64,000 nt of DNA from sequence record MK639187, one strand, 5' to 3'. Below, in pieces: positions 38,069 to 46,789 of this stretch. A program made the position numbers and the translations under genes. Positions within the stretch are counted from its first letter, which is position 1; the number at the start of each line of letters is the position of its first letter. This DNA comes from Shigella phage SSE1. Below the pieces are notes generated by a model. It had not been told where the DNA came from and did no database searches. It was given only the letters and a program-made list of their open reading frames with translations.

Positions 38069-39378
38069 CATTTGATGATTTGACTGAAGGCCAGAAAAAC
38101 GCCTTCAACGTTGTTATGAACGCTATTAAAGAAAAGAAACATCACGTAACTATTAATGGGCCTGCTGGTACAGGTAAAACAACCCTTACTAGATTCATCG
38201 TTGAAGCCCTTATTTCTTCTGGAGAATCAGGTATTATTTTAGCAGCCCCTACACATGCCGCTAAAAAGGTTCTAAGCAAACTTGCGGGTCAAGAAGCATC
38301 GACTATTCATAGCATTCTTAAAATCAACCCAACTACATACGAAGAAAACGTATTGTTTGAACAGAAAAAGGTTCCGGACTTAGCCTTGTGCCGTGTACTG
38401 TTATTTGATGAAGCGTCAATGTGCGACCGTTCTCTGTTTAAAATAATGTTAGCTAGTATCCCTAAATGGTGTACAGTAATTGGAATCGGCGACCGATGCC
38501 AGATTCGTCCGGTAGACCCAGGTGAATCAACTGCGTATCTAAGTCCTTTCTTCACTCACAAAGACTTCGTGCAATGCAACCTTACAGAAGTTAAACGTAG
38601 CAATGCACCAATTATTGATGTTGCGACTGATATTCGTAATGGGAAATGGATTTACGATAAAGTAGTTGATGGACATGGTGTTCACGGATATACAGACCTT
38701 AAATCGTATATGATGAACTATTTTAACGTCGTTAAAACTCCTGAAGACCTTTTCGAAAATCGAATGATGGCATTCACAAATAAGTCGGTGGACAAGTTAA
38801 ATTCAATTATTCGCCGAAAACTTCTTGAAACAGAAAAACCATTTATTAAAGACGAAGTCATTGTTCTACAGGAGCCATTTACTAAGACATATAAGCTAGA
38901 TGGTAAAAATATTACCGAAATGCTTTTCAATAACGGCCAATTCGTTCGTATTCGAGATGCTGTAGAAACGTCTACATTCGTTAAAGCACGTGGTGTTTCA
39001 GGCGAATATATGATACGATACTGGAATCTTACAGTAGAAACATATGGGGATGATGAAGAATACATCCGCGAAGATATAAAGGTTATTTCTTCTGAAGAAG
39101 AGCTTTATAAATTCAATTTGTTTTTGGCTAAGACCGCAGAAACATACAAATTCTGGAATAAAGGTGGTAAAGCTCCATGGAGTGAATTCTGGGATGCTAA
39201 ACGTATGTTCACTAAGGTAAAGGCACTACCAGTATCAACCTTCCATAAGGCCCAGGGTATGTCTGTTGACACGGCCTTTGTTTATACACCGTGTATCCAT
39301 TACGCCGATTCAGAATTAGCTAAACAGTTATTGTATGTCGGCACAACTCGTGGTCGGTTTGACGTCCATTTTATTTGA
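38065..39378 (+). CDS. dda: DNA helicase Dda (SF1)
   Basis: 437 aa, Walker A GPAGTGKTT, recognised as T4 Dda-like across its length. Confidence 0.95.
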   Translation: MTFDDLTEGQKNAFNVVMNAIKEKKHHVTINGPAGTGKTTLTRFIVEALISSGESGIILAAPTHAAKKVLSKLAGQEASTIHSILKINPTTYEENVLFEQKKVPDLALCRVLLFDEASMCDRSLFKIMLASIPKWCTVIGIGDRCQIRPVDPGESTAYLSPFFTHKDFVQCNLTEVKRSNAPIIDVATDIRNGKWIYDKVVDGHGVHGYTDLKSYMMNYFNVVKTPEDLFENRMMAFTNKSVDKLNSIIRRKLLETEKPFIKDEVIVLQEPFTKTYKLDGKNITEMLFNNGQFVRIRDAVETSTFVKARGVSGEYMIRYWNLTVETYGDDEEYIREDIKVISSEEELYKFNLFLAKTAETYKFWNKGGKAPWSEFWDAKRMFTKVKALPVSTFHKAQGMSVDTAFVYTPCIHYADSELAKQLLYVGTTRGRFDVHFI

Positions 39379-39387
39379 GAGAAAATT

Positions 39388-40065
39388 ATGAGCACTGATG
39401 TTATTATAGATTTTGAAACATTCGGCAATACATCAAAAGCGGCTGTTATTGACCTTGCGGTTATTGCATATAATTCCGATCCTGAAGTTGTTGAATCATT
39501 TGAAGAACTTGTTCAACGAGGTAAGCGAATTAAATTTAATTTAGCTTCTCAGAAAGGGAAGCGAGTTTTCGCTAAATCCACTATGAAATGGTGGAAAGAA
39601 CAATCGGCTGAAGCACGTAAAAACTTGGCTCCGTCTGAAGACGATGTCACTACGCTTGAAGGCATTAAAATCTTTTTAGATTATTGCCGAGCTAATAAAG
39701 TTGACCAATGGAAATCACAGATGTGGTGCCGTGGTATGAGCTTTGACTTCCCGATATTGGTCGATTTGATTCGTGACCTCTATCGTGATGAAGGTGTTCC
39801 TGAACCAGAGATTGATACTGATAAATTAGAACCGGTTAAATTCTGGGCTCAACGTGATATTCGTACGGCAATCGAAGCTTACTCGTTGACACGAGGATTA
39901 AGTATGTGTCCATTACCGATGGGTACGCTAAAAGGATTCGTTGCCCATGATAGTATTCATGATTGTGCTAAAGATATTTTGATGTTAAAATATGCTCAGC
40001 GTTATGCGCTTGGCCTTGAAGATGTCCCTGAGAATCCTGATCCGTTAAGTGTAAAACAGCGATAA
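39388..40065 (+). CDS. dexA: Exonuclease A DexA (DEDD family)
   Basis: 225 aa, IIDFETFG exo motif I. Confidence 0.8.
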   Translation: MSTDVIIDFETFGNTSKAAVIDLAVIAYNSDPEVVESFEELVQRGKRIKFNLASQKGKRVFAKSTMKWWKEQSAEARKNLAPSEDDVTTLEGIKIFLDYCRANKVDQWKSQMWCRGMSFDFPILVDLIRDLYRDEGVPEPEIDTDKLEPVKFWAQRDIRTAIEAYSLTRGLSMCPLPMGTLKGFVAHDSIHDCAKDILMLKYAQRYALGLEDVPENPDPLSVKQR

Positions 40066-40069
40066 AACA

Positions 40070-40099
40070 GTTTACAACCAAGGATGGTTGGAGTATAAT
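40070..40099 (+). promoter_or_regulatory. Early promoter with spacer hairpin CAACCA/TGGTTG
   Basis: GTTTAC...TATAAT. Confidence 0.55.
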
Positions 40100-40130
40100 C
40101 TTTCTATCTTAACCAAACAGGAAAAACATT

Positions 40131-40625
40131 ATGAATATCAATACTATGGCTACTTACATCCTGAAAGACGAAAAACAAATCAACTGGTACGGTGCTTCAG
40201 TGCGAGCTTATGAAAAGTTTTGTGAAATTTTAGGTGCCACTCAAGGTAATAGTTTCACTATTGTTAACTTCATTAAACAAGTTGAAGGCCCTTGGTTATT
40301 CTTAGAAATTAAAAATTCATACGGTACAATTTCTACTACTGCCATCCCAAGCACCGACTTTGAACTGTTGATTGAAGAAGCACCTGTTAAAGATGGTCTC
40401 CACTTTGATATGGATATCGTTTGTATGTACGGTACTCTGATTAAGCCTATTGAGCCTACTGATTTATTGTGTAAATATGTTTCAATTCGACGCCCATTCG
40501 ATGGTCCAGTAAATGGATGGGTAACTGACCAGTGGATTGAAGATGGGGTTGAACTTCTGAACGTTGTTCATGCCGGTGATTTTAGTGTGGTTCCACGTAG
40601 TGCAGTAGTTAATATTCTAAATTAA
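40131..40625 (+). CDS. Paralogue family protein 1 (C-terminal DQWxEDG...YNIVFxGxFxVV)
   Basis: 164 aa, own early promoter. Confidence 0.55.
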   Translation: MNINTMATYILKDEKQINWYGASVRAYEKFCEILGATQGNSFTIVNFIKQVEGPWLFLEIKNSYGTISTTAIPSTDFELLIEEAPVKDGLHFDMDIVCMYGTLIKPIEPTDLLCKYVSIRRPFDGPVNGWVTDQWIEDGVELLNVVHAGDFSVVPRSAVVNILN

Positions 40626-40627
40626 TG

Positions 40628-40657
40628 TTGTACATCCAAGGATGGATGGAGTATAAT
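40628..40657 (+). promoter_or_regulatory. Early promoter, duplicate of the 40070 cassette
   Basis: TTGTAC...TATAAT with CATCCA/TGGATG. Confidence 0.55.
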
Positions 40658-40686
40658 GAATTCAATTTAACAAAGAGAGAAAAATT

Positions 40687-41142
40687 ATGATTACTATTGG
40701 TGAAATTAAGCGTGTATCAACTGCATCCCGGTCTAAAGCCGCAGGTCGTCTGGTTGAAGTGGTAGGACTTCGCACAAATGGCATGGGACGCATTAAAGAA
40801 GTTAAAGTTCGAATCATTCCTAGTTTTGGACGCCAGGATACTCAGCACGCTTACGTAAGTCCTAAATTCTTGGAAACTCCTGTGAGCGCTCATTTTGCTT
40901 CTACTGAACCTAATGCACAGTTCAAATGGGCCTTGTGTAAAGGTGTTGAATTCCAGACTGATAAAGAATTTGACTTCATCGATGAATACGGTTATCCAAG
41001 CAAAACTGATATTATGTGTGGCTTCATTAGTGACCAATGGGTTGAAGATGGTGAAAAGTTATACAATATCGTATTCTTAGGTGACTTCCGAGTTGTTAAA
41101 GAATCTGAAATCACTCGTTATGTGTCTCCTCGTAAAGCTTAA
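40687..41142 (+). CDS. Paralogue family protein 2
   Basis: 151 aa, own duplicated promoter. Confidence 0.55.
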   Translation: MITIGEIKRVSTASRSKAAGRLVEVVGLRTNGMGRIKEVKVRIIPSFGRQDTQHAYVSPKFLETPVSAHFASTEPNAQFKWALCKGVEFQTDKEFDFIDEYGYPSKTDIMCGFISDQWVEDGEKLYNIVFLGDFRVVKESEITRYVSPRKA

Positions 41143-41151
41143 GGAATTATT

Positions 41152-41571
41152 ATGAATATTGTAAATCTCTCTACAGGTGATTACGTATATGTATCTGTTG
41201 CTTCTCGCTCTAAAGTTGCCGGGAAGTTGGTTGAAGTTCTTTCTGTGAGTGATCCGGTTTTTGGTCGTAACCAAGTTAAAGTTCGTGACGCCGATGGTAA
41301 CATTGGTTACGTTAAAAGCCAATTTATTGAACCAGAAGAAAAAGCGTTCAAATGGAAACTGGGCAGATCAGTTTTAGTTGTAAAAGACTACGAGTTCACC
41401 ATTGCCGCTGCGACAGATGGAACACCGTGGACAACGAATCAAGTTGCTGGTTTTATTTCGGACCAATGGGTAGAAGATGGTGTTAAGCTTTATAACATTG
41501 TTTTCGCTGGGCAGTTCATGGTAGTTCCTGAGTTCCAAATCAAAAAATATTGTCCAGCATCTTTTGCATAA
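41152..41571 (+). CDS. Paralogue family protein 3
   Basis: 139 aa, shares N- and C-terminal motifs with protein 2. Confidence 0.55.
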   Translation: MNIVNLSTGDYVYVSVASRSKVAGKLVEVLSVSDPVFGRNQVKVRDADGNIGYVKSQFIEPEEKAFKWKLGRSVLVVKDYEFTIAAATDGTPWTTNQVAGFISDQWVEDGVKLYNIVFAGQFMVVPEFQIKKYCPASFA

Positions 41572-41575
41572 AGTT

Positions 41576-41626
41576 GTTTACTTCTCCTCCGGTTTTGATA
41601 TTATAACCATATCAACCAGAGGAGAA
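41576..41626 (+). promoter_or_regulatory. Early promoter with TCTCCTC/GAGGAGA inverted repeat spanning -10 and the downstream SD
   Basis: GTTTAC-17-TATTAT. Confidence 0.5.
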
Positions 41627-41630
41627 TAAT

Positions 41631-42155
41631 ATGTTAGTTTACCGCGTAGAACGTAGTTTTTGTACTCAACGTGAATCATTACCAGGAATTGCTATCGAAG
41701 ATGGTAAAGCCGTCAGAATTTGGGAAACCTCTTGGAATAAAGAACCTCGTTCGCCGTATGGTTGGTCGGGCACCGACAACTCTGAAGAAACATGGGAGTT
41801 CCTTGATAAGCATGGAATACTCTCAGGTAACTTCTACCATCACGGCGACAACTATAATGTCCCTAATCGTCCTACAGTAAATGAAGACAAACTCCTTGAA
41901 CAAAATATCTTAAGATACTATAGAATTGAGCACACATTTGAATTGAGTGAAGATTGGGCTCAAGGGTTCTATTTTGGATTTGAAAGTGTTGACGCGGTTT
42001 ATGCATGGTTTGATGACCAGGTGGATGTTGAACTCTTGAAAGCTAAAGGATACTACATCGCGGTCTATGAAGCACCTGATTTCATCCTCGGAAGTTGTCA
42101 ATTAATGTTTAGACGTTCATTGGCAGAACAAGTTGATTTTATTTTGCTAAAATGA
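41631..42155 (+). CDS. Hypothetical protein
   Basis: 174-aa ORF after promoter 41576-41604. Confidence 0.5.
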   Translation: MLVYRVERSFCTQRESLPGIAIEDGKAVRIWETSWNKEPRSPYGWSGTDNSEETWEFLDKHGILSGNFYHHGDNYNVPNRPTVNEDKLLEQNILRYYRIEHTFELSEDWAQGFYFGFESVDAVYAWFDDQVDVELLKAKGYYIAVYEAPDFILGSCQLMFRRSLAEQVDFILLK

Positions 42156-42184
42156 TGTACAACAACTATGGTCTATGATACTAT
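42155..42184 (+). promoter_or_regulatory. Early promoter (ATGTAC...TACTAT)
   Basis: Seen in sequence. Confidence 0.45.
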
Positions 42185-42212
42185 AGACCTATCAAAACAA
42201 GAGGAGAATATT

Positions 42213-42440
42213 ATGAAACGTCAAATCATTAAAAACGTAACTACTGATTCAAACATCGATGAGTTTGAAGATGTTCTGTTTAATCCTGATTTAGTTGTTG
42301 TACAGAAAAACTGGACCGAATTTTTATGCTACACTGAAGTGGTTTACGTTTACGAAAAACTCGGCGATGAAATGCCTATCTATGGTATCTTCCGTGAAAT
42401 CACTGAAAACGGTACAACTTATTGGAAGGAAACTTACTAA
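42213..42440 (+). CDS. Hypothetical protein
   Basis: ATG 42213 after GAGGAGA. Confidence 0.45.
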   Translation: MKRQIIKNVTTDSNIDEFEDVLFNPDLVVVQKNWTEFLCYTEVVYVYEKLGDEMPIYGIFREITENGTTYWKETY

Positions 42441-42853
42441 TGGCTAATAAATTCCGCGTTAACTCATGGTACCAATTTATAGATAAACGTGCCCAAGAAG
42501 AGTTTATTAAAGACCACACTGATAATGGGATTTATGCACGACGTCTTGGCATGGAACCGTTTAAAGTATTAGATGTTGACCATCTTGGTCGTCCTACTAA
42601 AATTGTGACATCTACTGGCACGGTTGGATACGCAACAGGCGGTGATATCCTTGATGAAAACTTTATCTGGCTCTCCACGAATGAAGCAGAGTTCTTTGAC
42701 GAAGTTGAAAATCCATATCTAGCGTCCGAAGAGCAAGATTCTGGTGAACTTGACGAATTGTCTGAATTTCCGGTGATGACGATTACTATCGAAAATAACG
42801 ACCAGGCATGGTCTTTGTATCAAATGTTGAAAGCCCACTTTAAGGAACAATAA
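42440..42853 (+). CDS. Hypothetical acidic protein
   Basis: ATG 42440 overlapping previous stop. Confidence 0.45.
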   Translation: MANKFRVNSWYQFIDKRAQEEFIKDHTDNGIYARRLGMEPFKVLDVDHLGRPTKIVTSTGTVGYATGGDILDENFIWLSTNEAEFFDEVENPYLASEEQDSGELDELSEFPVMTITIENNDQAWSLYQMLKAHFKEQ

Positions 42854-43032
42854 TGCCGTTATACGACTATAAATGTCAATCTGAAGATTGTGGTCATGAA
42901 TATGAAAAAATTAAAAGGATTTCTGAACGAGAAAACGATGTTTGCCCTGAATGTCATCGTCTGTCTACTCGTCGGGTTTCTGCTCCTAAACATGTGAACG
43001 GTGGTTTTTACGACTTACTTAAGAAGGGTTAA
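42853..43032 (+). CDS. Zinc-ribbon protein (FmdB-like CxxC...CxxC)
   Basis: 59-aa ORF read by hand; CQSEDCGHEY...CPEC. Confidence 0.45.
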   Translation: MPLYDYKCQSEDCGHEYEKIKRISERENDVCPECHRLSTRRVSAPKHVNGGFYDLLKKG

Positions 43033-43034
43033 TT

Positions 43035-43460
43035 ATGGCTTTTAAAGGTTTTGAAGTTGGTAAGAAATATCGTATTATCAAAGGACAGGAAGATAATTTC
43101 TTGAGAATTCTTAATACGACTGGTAAGCGTCTTAATACTAATCTGCATACTACTTTATTGTCCAAAGATTTTATTGTGGAAGAGATGATTGGTTACGGCG
43201 TTTCGGTTATTGCTGTAGAAGCCGTAGGCGATTATGGCCGAACTATTCATAGTATGCAAGGTGATATTCTGATTTATGGTGCAGAATTTAAATTCTTTGA
43301 AGAAGTTCCGGAACCAGATACAGCTGTCGATTTCAAAAAAGGCTCTATAGAATTTGTTGATGGTTCGGTGATCGTATCAGGCGATGTGGTCATTACAGTT
43401 AAAAGTGAACAAGGGCGTTTAGCTGCAATTGATGCACTTCAGAAAATTAAATTTAAATAA
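43035..43460 (+). CDS. Hypothetical protein
   Basis: 141-aa ORF followed by hairpin terminator. Confidence 0.5.
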   Translation: MAFKGFEVGKKYRIIKGQEDNFLRILNTTGKRLNTNLHTTLLSKDFIVEEMIGYGVSVIAVEAVGDYGRTIHSMQGDILIYGAEFKFFEEVPEPDTAVDFKKGSIEFVDGSVIVSGDVVITVKSEQGRLAAIDALQKIKFK

Positions 43461-43478
43461 GGGCTTCGGCCCTTTTTG
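43461..43478 (+). terminator. Intrinsic terminator upstream of gp39 (GGGC-TTCG-GCCC, T5)
   Basis: Seen in sequence. Confidence 0.6.
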
Positions 43479-43523
43479 CTTTAGATTTCGGATGATAGAA
43501 TACCTTCATAACGAGGAGACAAC

Positions 43524-45341
43524 ATGATTAAAAATGAAATTAAGGTATTGTCAGATGTAGAACATATTAAGAAACGAAGTGGCATGTATATTGGTTCTTC
43601 AGCCAAAGAAGCCCACGAGCGTTTTTTGTTTGGTAAATATCAACAAGTTGAATATGTTCCTGGTCTGGTTAAATTAATCGATGAGATTATTGACAACTCG
43701 GTTGATGAAGCTATTCGTACATCATTTAAGTTTGCAAATAAAATTGATGTGCAAATTAAAAATAATCAAGTTTCAGTGGAAGATAACGGACGTGGTATTC
43801 CTCAAGGTTTAGTTACCGACCAAACAGGTGAACAAATTCCTGGGCCTGTAGCAGCCTGGACTATTCCAAAGGCTGGTGGTAACTTTGGCGATGACTCTGA
43901 ACGCAAGACTGGTGGTATGAACGGCGTCGGGAGTAGTTTAACTAATATCTTCTCTACGTTGTTTACAGGCATCACGTCAGATGGCGAAAATGAAATCACT
44001 GTTAACTGTTCAAACGGAATGGAAAACAAATCATGGTCTTCTAAGAAATCTAAAGGTAAAGGCACTAAAGTAATCTTCACTCCTGATTTCACTTCATTTG
44101 AAGAGCATAATTTATCTCAAATTTATTTAGATATTACTTTAGACCGACTTCAAACATTGGCAGTCGTTTATCCTGACATCAAGTTCACATTTAATGGTAA
44201 AAAGGTTGATGGTAATTTTAAACGATTTGCTAAACAATTTGGTGAAGATAACATCATTCAAGAAAATGATAAAGTCTCTATAGCATTCACAACATCACCA
44301 GATGGCTTCCGTCATTTAACTTATGTGAATAACATCCATACTAAAAATGGTGGTCATCATGTTGAATGCGTAATGGATGATATCTGCGAACATCTTTTGC
44401 CAGGTATTAAAAAGAAATATAAGGGTATTGAAGTCACTAAAGCTCGTGTTAAAGAATGTCTCACAATGTTGATGTTTATTAGAGACATGAGCAATATGCG
44501 TTTTGATTCTCAGACTAAAGAACGTTTAACGTCAACGTATGGTGATATTCGTAATCATATCCAATTAGATGCTAAGAAAATTGCTCAGGCACTTCTTAAA
44601 AACGAAGCCTTGATTATGCCTATTGTTGAAGCAGCATTAGCTCGTAAATTGGCGGCAGAAAAGGCTGCGGAAACTAAAGCAGCTAAAAAGGCAACTAAAG
44701 CTAAGGTTCATAAGCATATTAAAGCTAACCAATGTGGTAAAGACGCAGATACGACATTGTTCTTAACAGAAGGTGATTCGGCAATTGGTTATCTCATTGA
44801 TGTTCGTGACCGTGAACTACACGGCGGATTCCCATTACGTGGTAAGGTGATGAATAGCTGGGGTATGTCGTATGCTGATATGATGAAGAACAAAGAGCTC
44901 TTTGATATCTGTGCTATCACAGGTCTTATTCTTGGTGAAAAGGCAGAGAATACGAACTATCGTAATATTGCAATTATGACCGATGCCGATCATGATGGTC
45001 TTGGAAGTATTTATCCGGCTTTGCTTGCTTTCTTTAGTAATTGGCCCGAATTGTTCGAACAAGGACGTATTCGCTTTGTTAAAACGCCTGTAATTATTGC
45101 ACAAATTGGCAAAACTCAAAAATGGTTTTATACTGTAGCTGAGTATGAAGAAGTTAAAGATACACTGCCTAAGCATAGTATTCGATACATCAAGGGATTG
45201 GGCTCCCTTGAAAAGTCAGAATATCGTGAAATGATTCAGAATCCTGTGTACGACGTAGTTAAACTTCCTGAAAATTGGAAAGAACTCTTTGAAATGTTGT
45301 TGGGTGATGATTCAGAACTTCGTAAAGAATGGATGTCCTAA
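43524..45341 (+). CDS. 39: DNA topoisomerase II large subunit (GyrB-like), gp39 and gp60 equivalents in one ORF
   Basis: 605 aa; GHKL ATPase N-terminus and TOPRIM C-terminus in a single frame. Confidence 0.9.
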   Translation: MIKNEIKVLSDVEHIKKRSGMYIGSSAKEAHERFLFGKYQQVEYVPGLVKLIDEIIDNSVDEAIRTSFKFANKIDVQIKNNQVSVEDNGRGIPQGLVTDQTGEQIPGPVAAWTIPKAGGNFGDDSERKTGGMNGVGSSLTNIFSTLFTGITSDGENEITVNCSNGMENKSWSSKKSKGKGTKVIFTPDFTSFEEHNLSQIYLDITLDRLQTLAVVYPDIKFTFNGKKVDGNFKRFAKQFGEDNIIQENDKVSIAFTTSPDGFRHLTYVNNIHTKNGGHHVECVMDDICEHLLPGIKKKYKGIEVTKARVKECLTMLMFIRDMSNMRFDSQTKERLTSTYGDIRNHIQLDAKKIAQALLKNEALIMPIVEAALARKLAAEKAAETKAAKKATKAKVHKHIKANQCGKDADTTLFLTEGDSAIGYLIDVRDRELHGGFPLRGKVMNSWGMSYADMMKNKELFDICAITGLILGEKAENTNYRNIAIMTDADHDGLGSIYPALLAFFSNWPELFEQGRIRFVKTPVIIAQIGKTQKWFYTVAEYEEVKDTLPKHSIRYIKGLGSLEKSEYREMIQNPVYDVVKLPENWKELFEMLLGDDSELRKEWMS

Positions 45342-45364
45342 GCTCCTTCGGGAGCTTCATTTTA
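45341..45364 (+). terminator. UUCG hairpin after gp39 (AGCTCC-TTCG-GGAGCT)
   Basis: Weak T-run. Confidence 0.4.
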
Positions 45365-45383
45365 ATTTTAATAAGGCTTAATT

Positions 45384-46484
45384 ATGAAAGTTATGTTTAT
45401 CCCATCTCGTGCAGTCCCATTTAATCCTGACCGTGTACAAGGTGGCCTTGAAGCAGTACATTTAAATGTGTTGAAATATCTTGTGTCCATCGGTGCTGAT
45501 ATTGATTATATCGGCTTTGATAATGACACGTTTGGTGACTGGAAAGTTACACACCATCCTGTTGGTCATCTGGCTAAATTCAGTCTAGGTATGAGTTATA
45601 CTATGGCTCGTAAGATTGTTGAACTAGCCAGCATTAATGAATACGATTTCGTTGTTACAATGGAACCGACCAAACTAACGGTCCAAGCAATTAAAGATGC
45701 TGGACTCTCTAAAGTTCATAAGAATTTTATGGCTACACCGTTTGAACCGGTGTCTCGTGGTATTGTTCAAATTTGGGATCAGACTATCCAGATTCACAAG
45801 AACGGTGGGAAGAGCTATGCTCCTACTAAAGCATTCCGTGAATTTGAACGTAAATATTGTCATATGACTTCAGCTCTTACTGACAAAATTGATTATGACT
45901 ACTGGCGTGAAAATCCATTATTTGAACCTGATGACTACCCGGTTATTTGTTTGAATGAAAAACCTGAAGTTCTTCCGGCAACTGAGTTGATTATTAGTGC
46001 TCAACGTTATGACACTAAGATGCGTCGCACTGATGTTGCTCTTGAAGCAATTAAAGCACTAGGCGAAAATGGTATTGGTTATTGTCCAAGCAAATGGGCA
46101 CCACCAGCTAAATATCCTGTTATTATTGATGCTCCACACAGTGAAATCATGGAACGTCTTAAAACAGCTAAAGCACTTATTAATACATGCCCTGACACAG
46201 GTACGGTAGAGAATAGTTCTATTGAAGCTATCTCTAAAGGTGTCCCCGTAATCCAGTTAGTTTTTAAGGATTATCCTCATGCGACATTCGAATACGACCC
46301 AGATACTGTGCGTGTAGAAATTGATTCCTCTACTCCTAAGAAAGAAGTAGTTGCGCTTTACACAAAAGCTGTATTAGAATTCACTGACACATACGAAGCT
46401 CGAGTTAAACGTGCTGAAGCAGTATGGAAGAAGTATAACCGAGATGCAGTTGTTGCGATGTGGGATAAAATCTTCACAGCGTAA
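45384..46484 (+). CDS. Putative GT-B-fold glycosyltransferase
   Basis: 366 aa; TGTVENSSIEAISKGVPVI resembles the GT-B donor-binding E-x7-E region. Confidence 0.5.
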   Translation: MKVMFIPSRAVPFNPDRVQGGLEAVHLNVLKYLVSIGADIDYIGFDNDTFGDWKVTHHPVGHLAKFSLGMSYTMARKIVELASINEYDFVVTMEPTKLTVQAIKDAGLSKVHKNFMATPFEPVSRGIVQIWDQTIQIHKNGGKSYAPTKAFREFERKYCHMTSALTDKIDYDYWRENPLFEPDDYPVICLNEKPEVLPATELIISAQRYDTKMRRTDVALEAIKALGENGIGYCPSKWAPPAKYPVIIDAPHSEIMERLKTAKALINTCPDTGTVENSSIEAISKGVPVIQLVFKDYPHATFEYDPDTVRVEIDSSTPKKEVVALYTKAVLEFTDTYEARVKRAEAVWKKYNRDAVVAMWDKIFTA

Positions 46485-46576
46485 ATCCTGAATAGCCTGA
46501 GGCACTATTACACATAAGATGATAGATTATATGGTCTTTAGTAATAGTGCCCTAGGAATCTACTGAAGAGAATATT

Positions 46577-46777
46577 ATGAGAACATATAACGTGGACTTG
46601 GACCTTTTTGATAAAGCGGTGCTCCGGGAATTCCGGCTTATCCAAAGATTTTTTGATATCGAGTCGGCAGAGTCCTTTAAAGAACGCTTTAAAGAAATTC
46701 GATATAAAATACAAACCGATACAGCTACTAAAGAAGAACTTCTTGAAGTAGCAGAAATTTTTAAACGTAACTTGTGA
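46577..46777 (+). CDS. Hypothetical protein (rIIA.1-like position)
   Basis: 66-aa ORF. Confidence 0.45.
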   Translation: MRTYNVDLDLFDKAVLREFRLIQRFFDIESAESFKERFKEIRYKIQTDTATKEELLEVAEIFKRNL

Positions 46778-46789
46778 TGAGAGAAAAAT

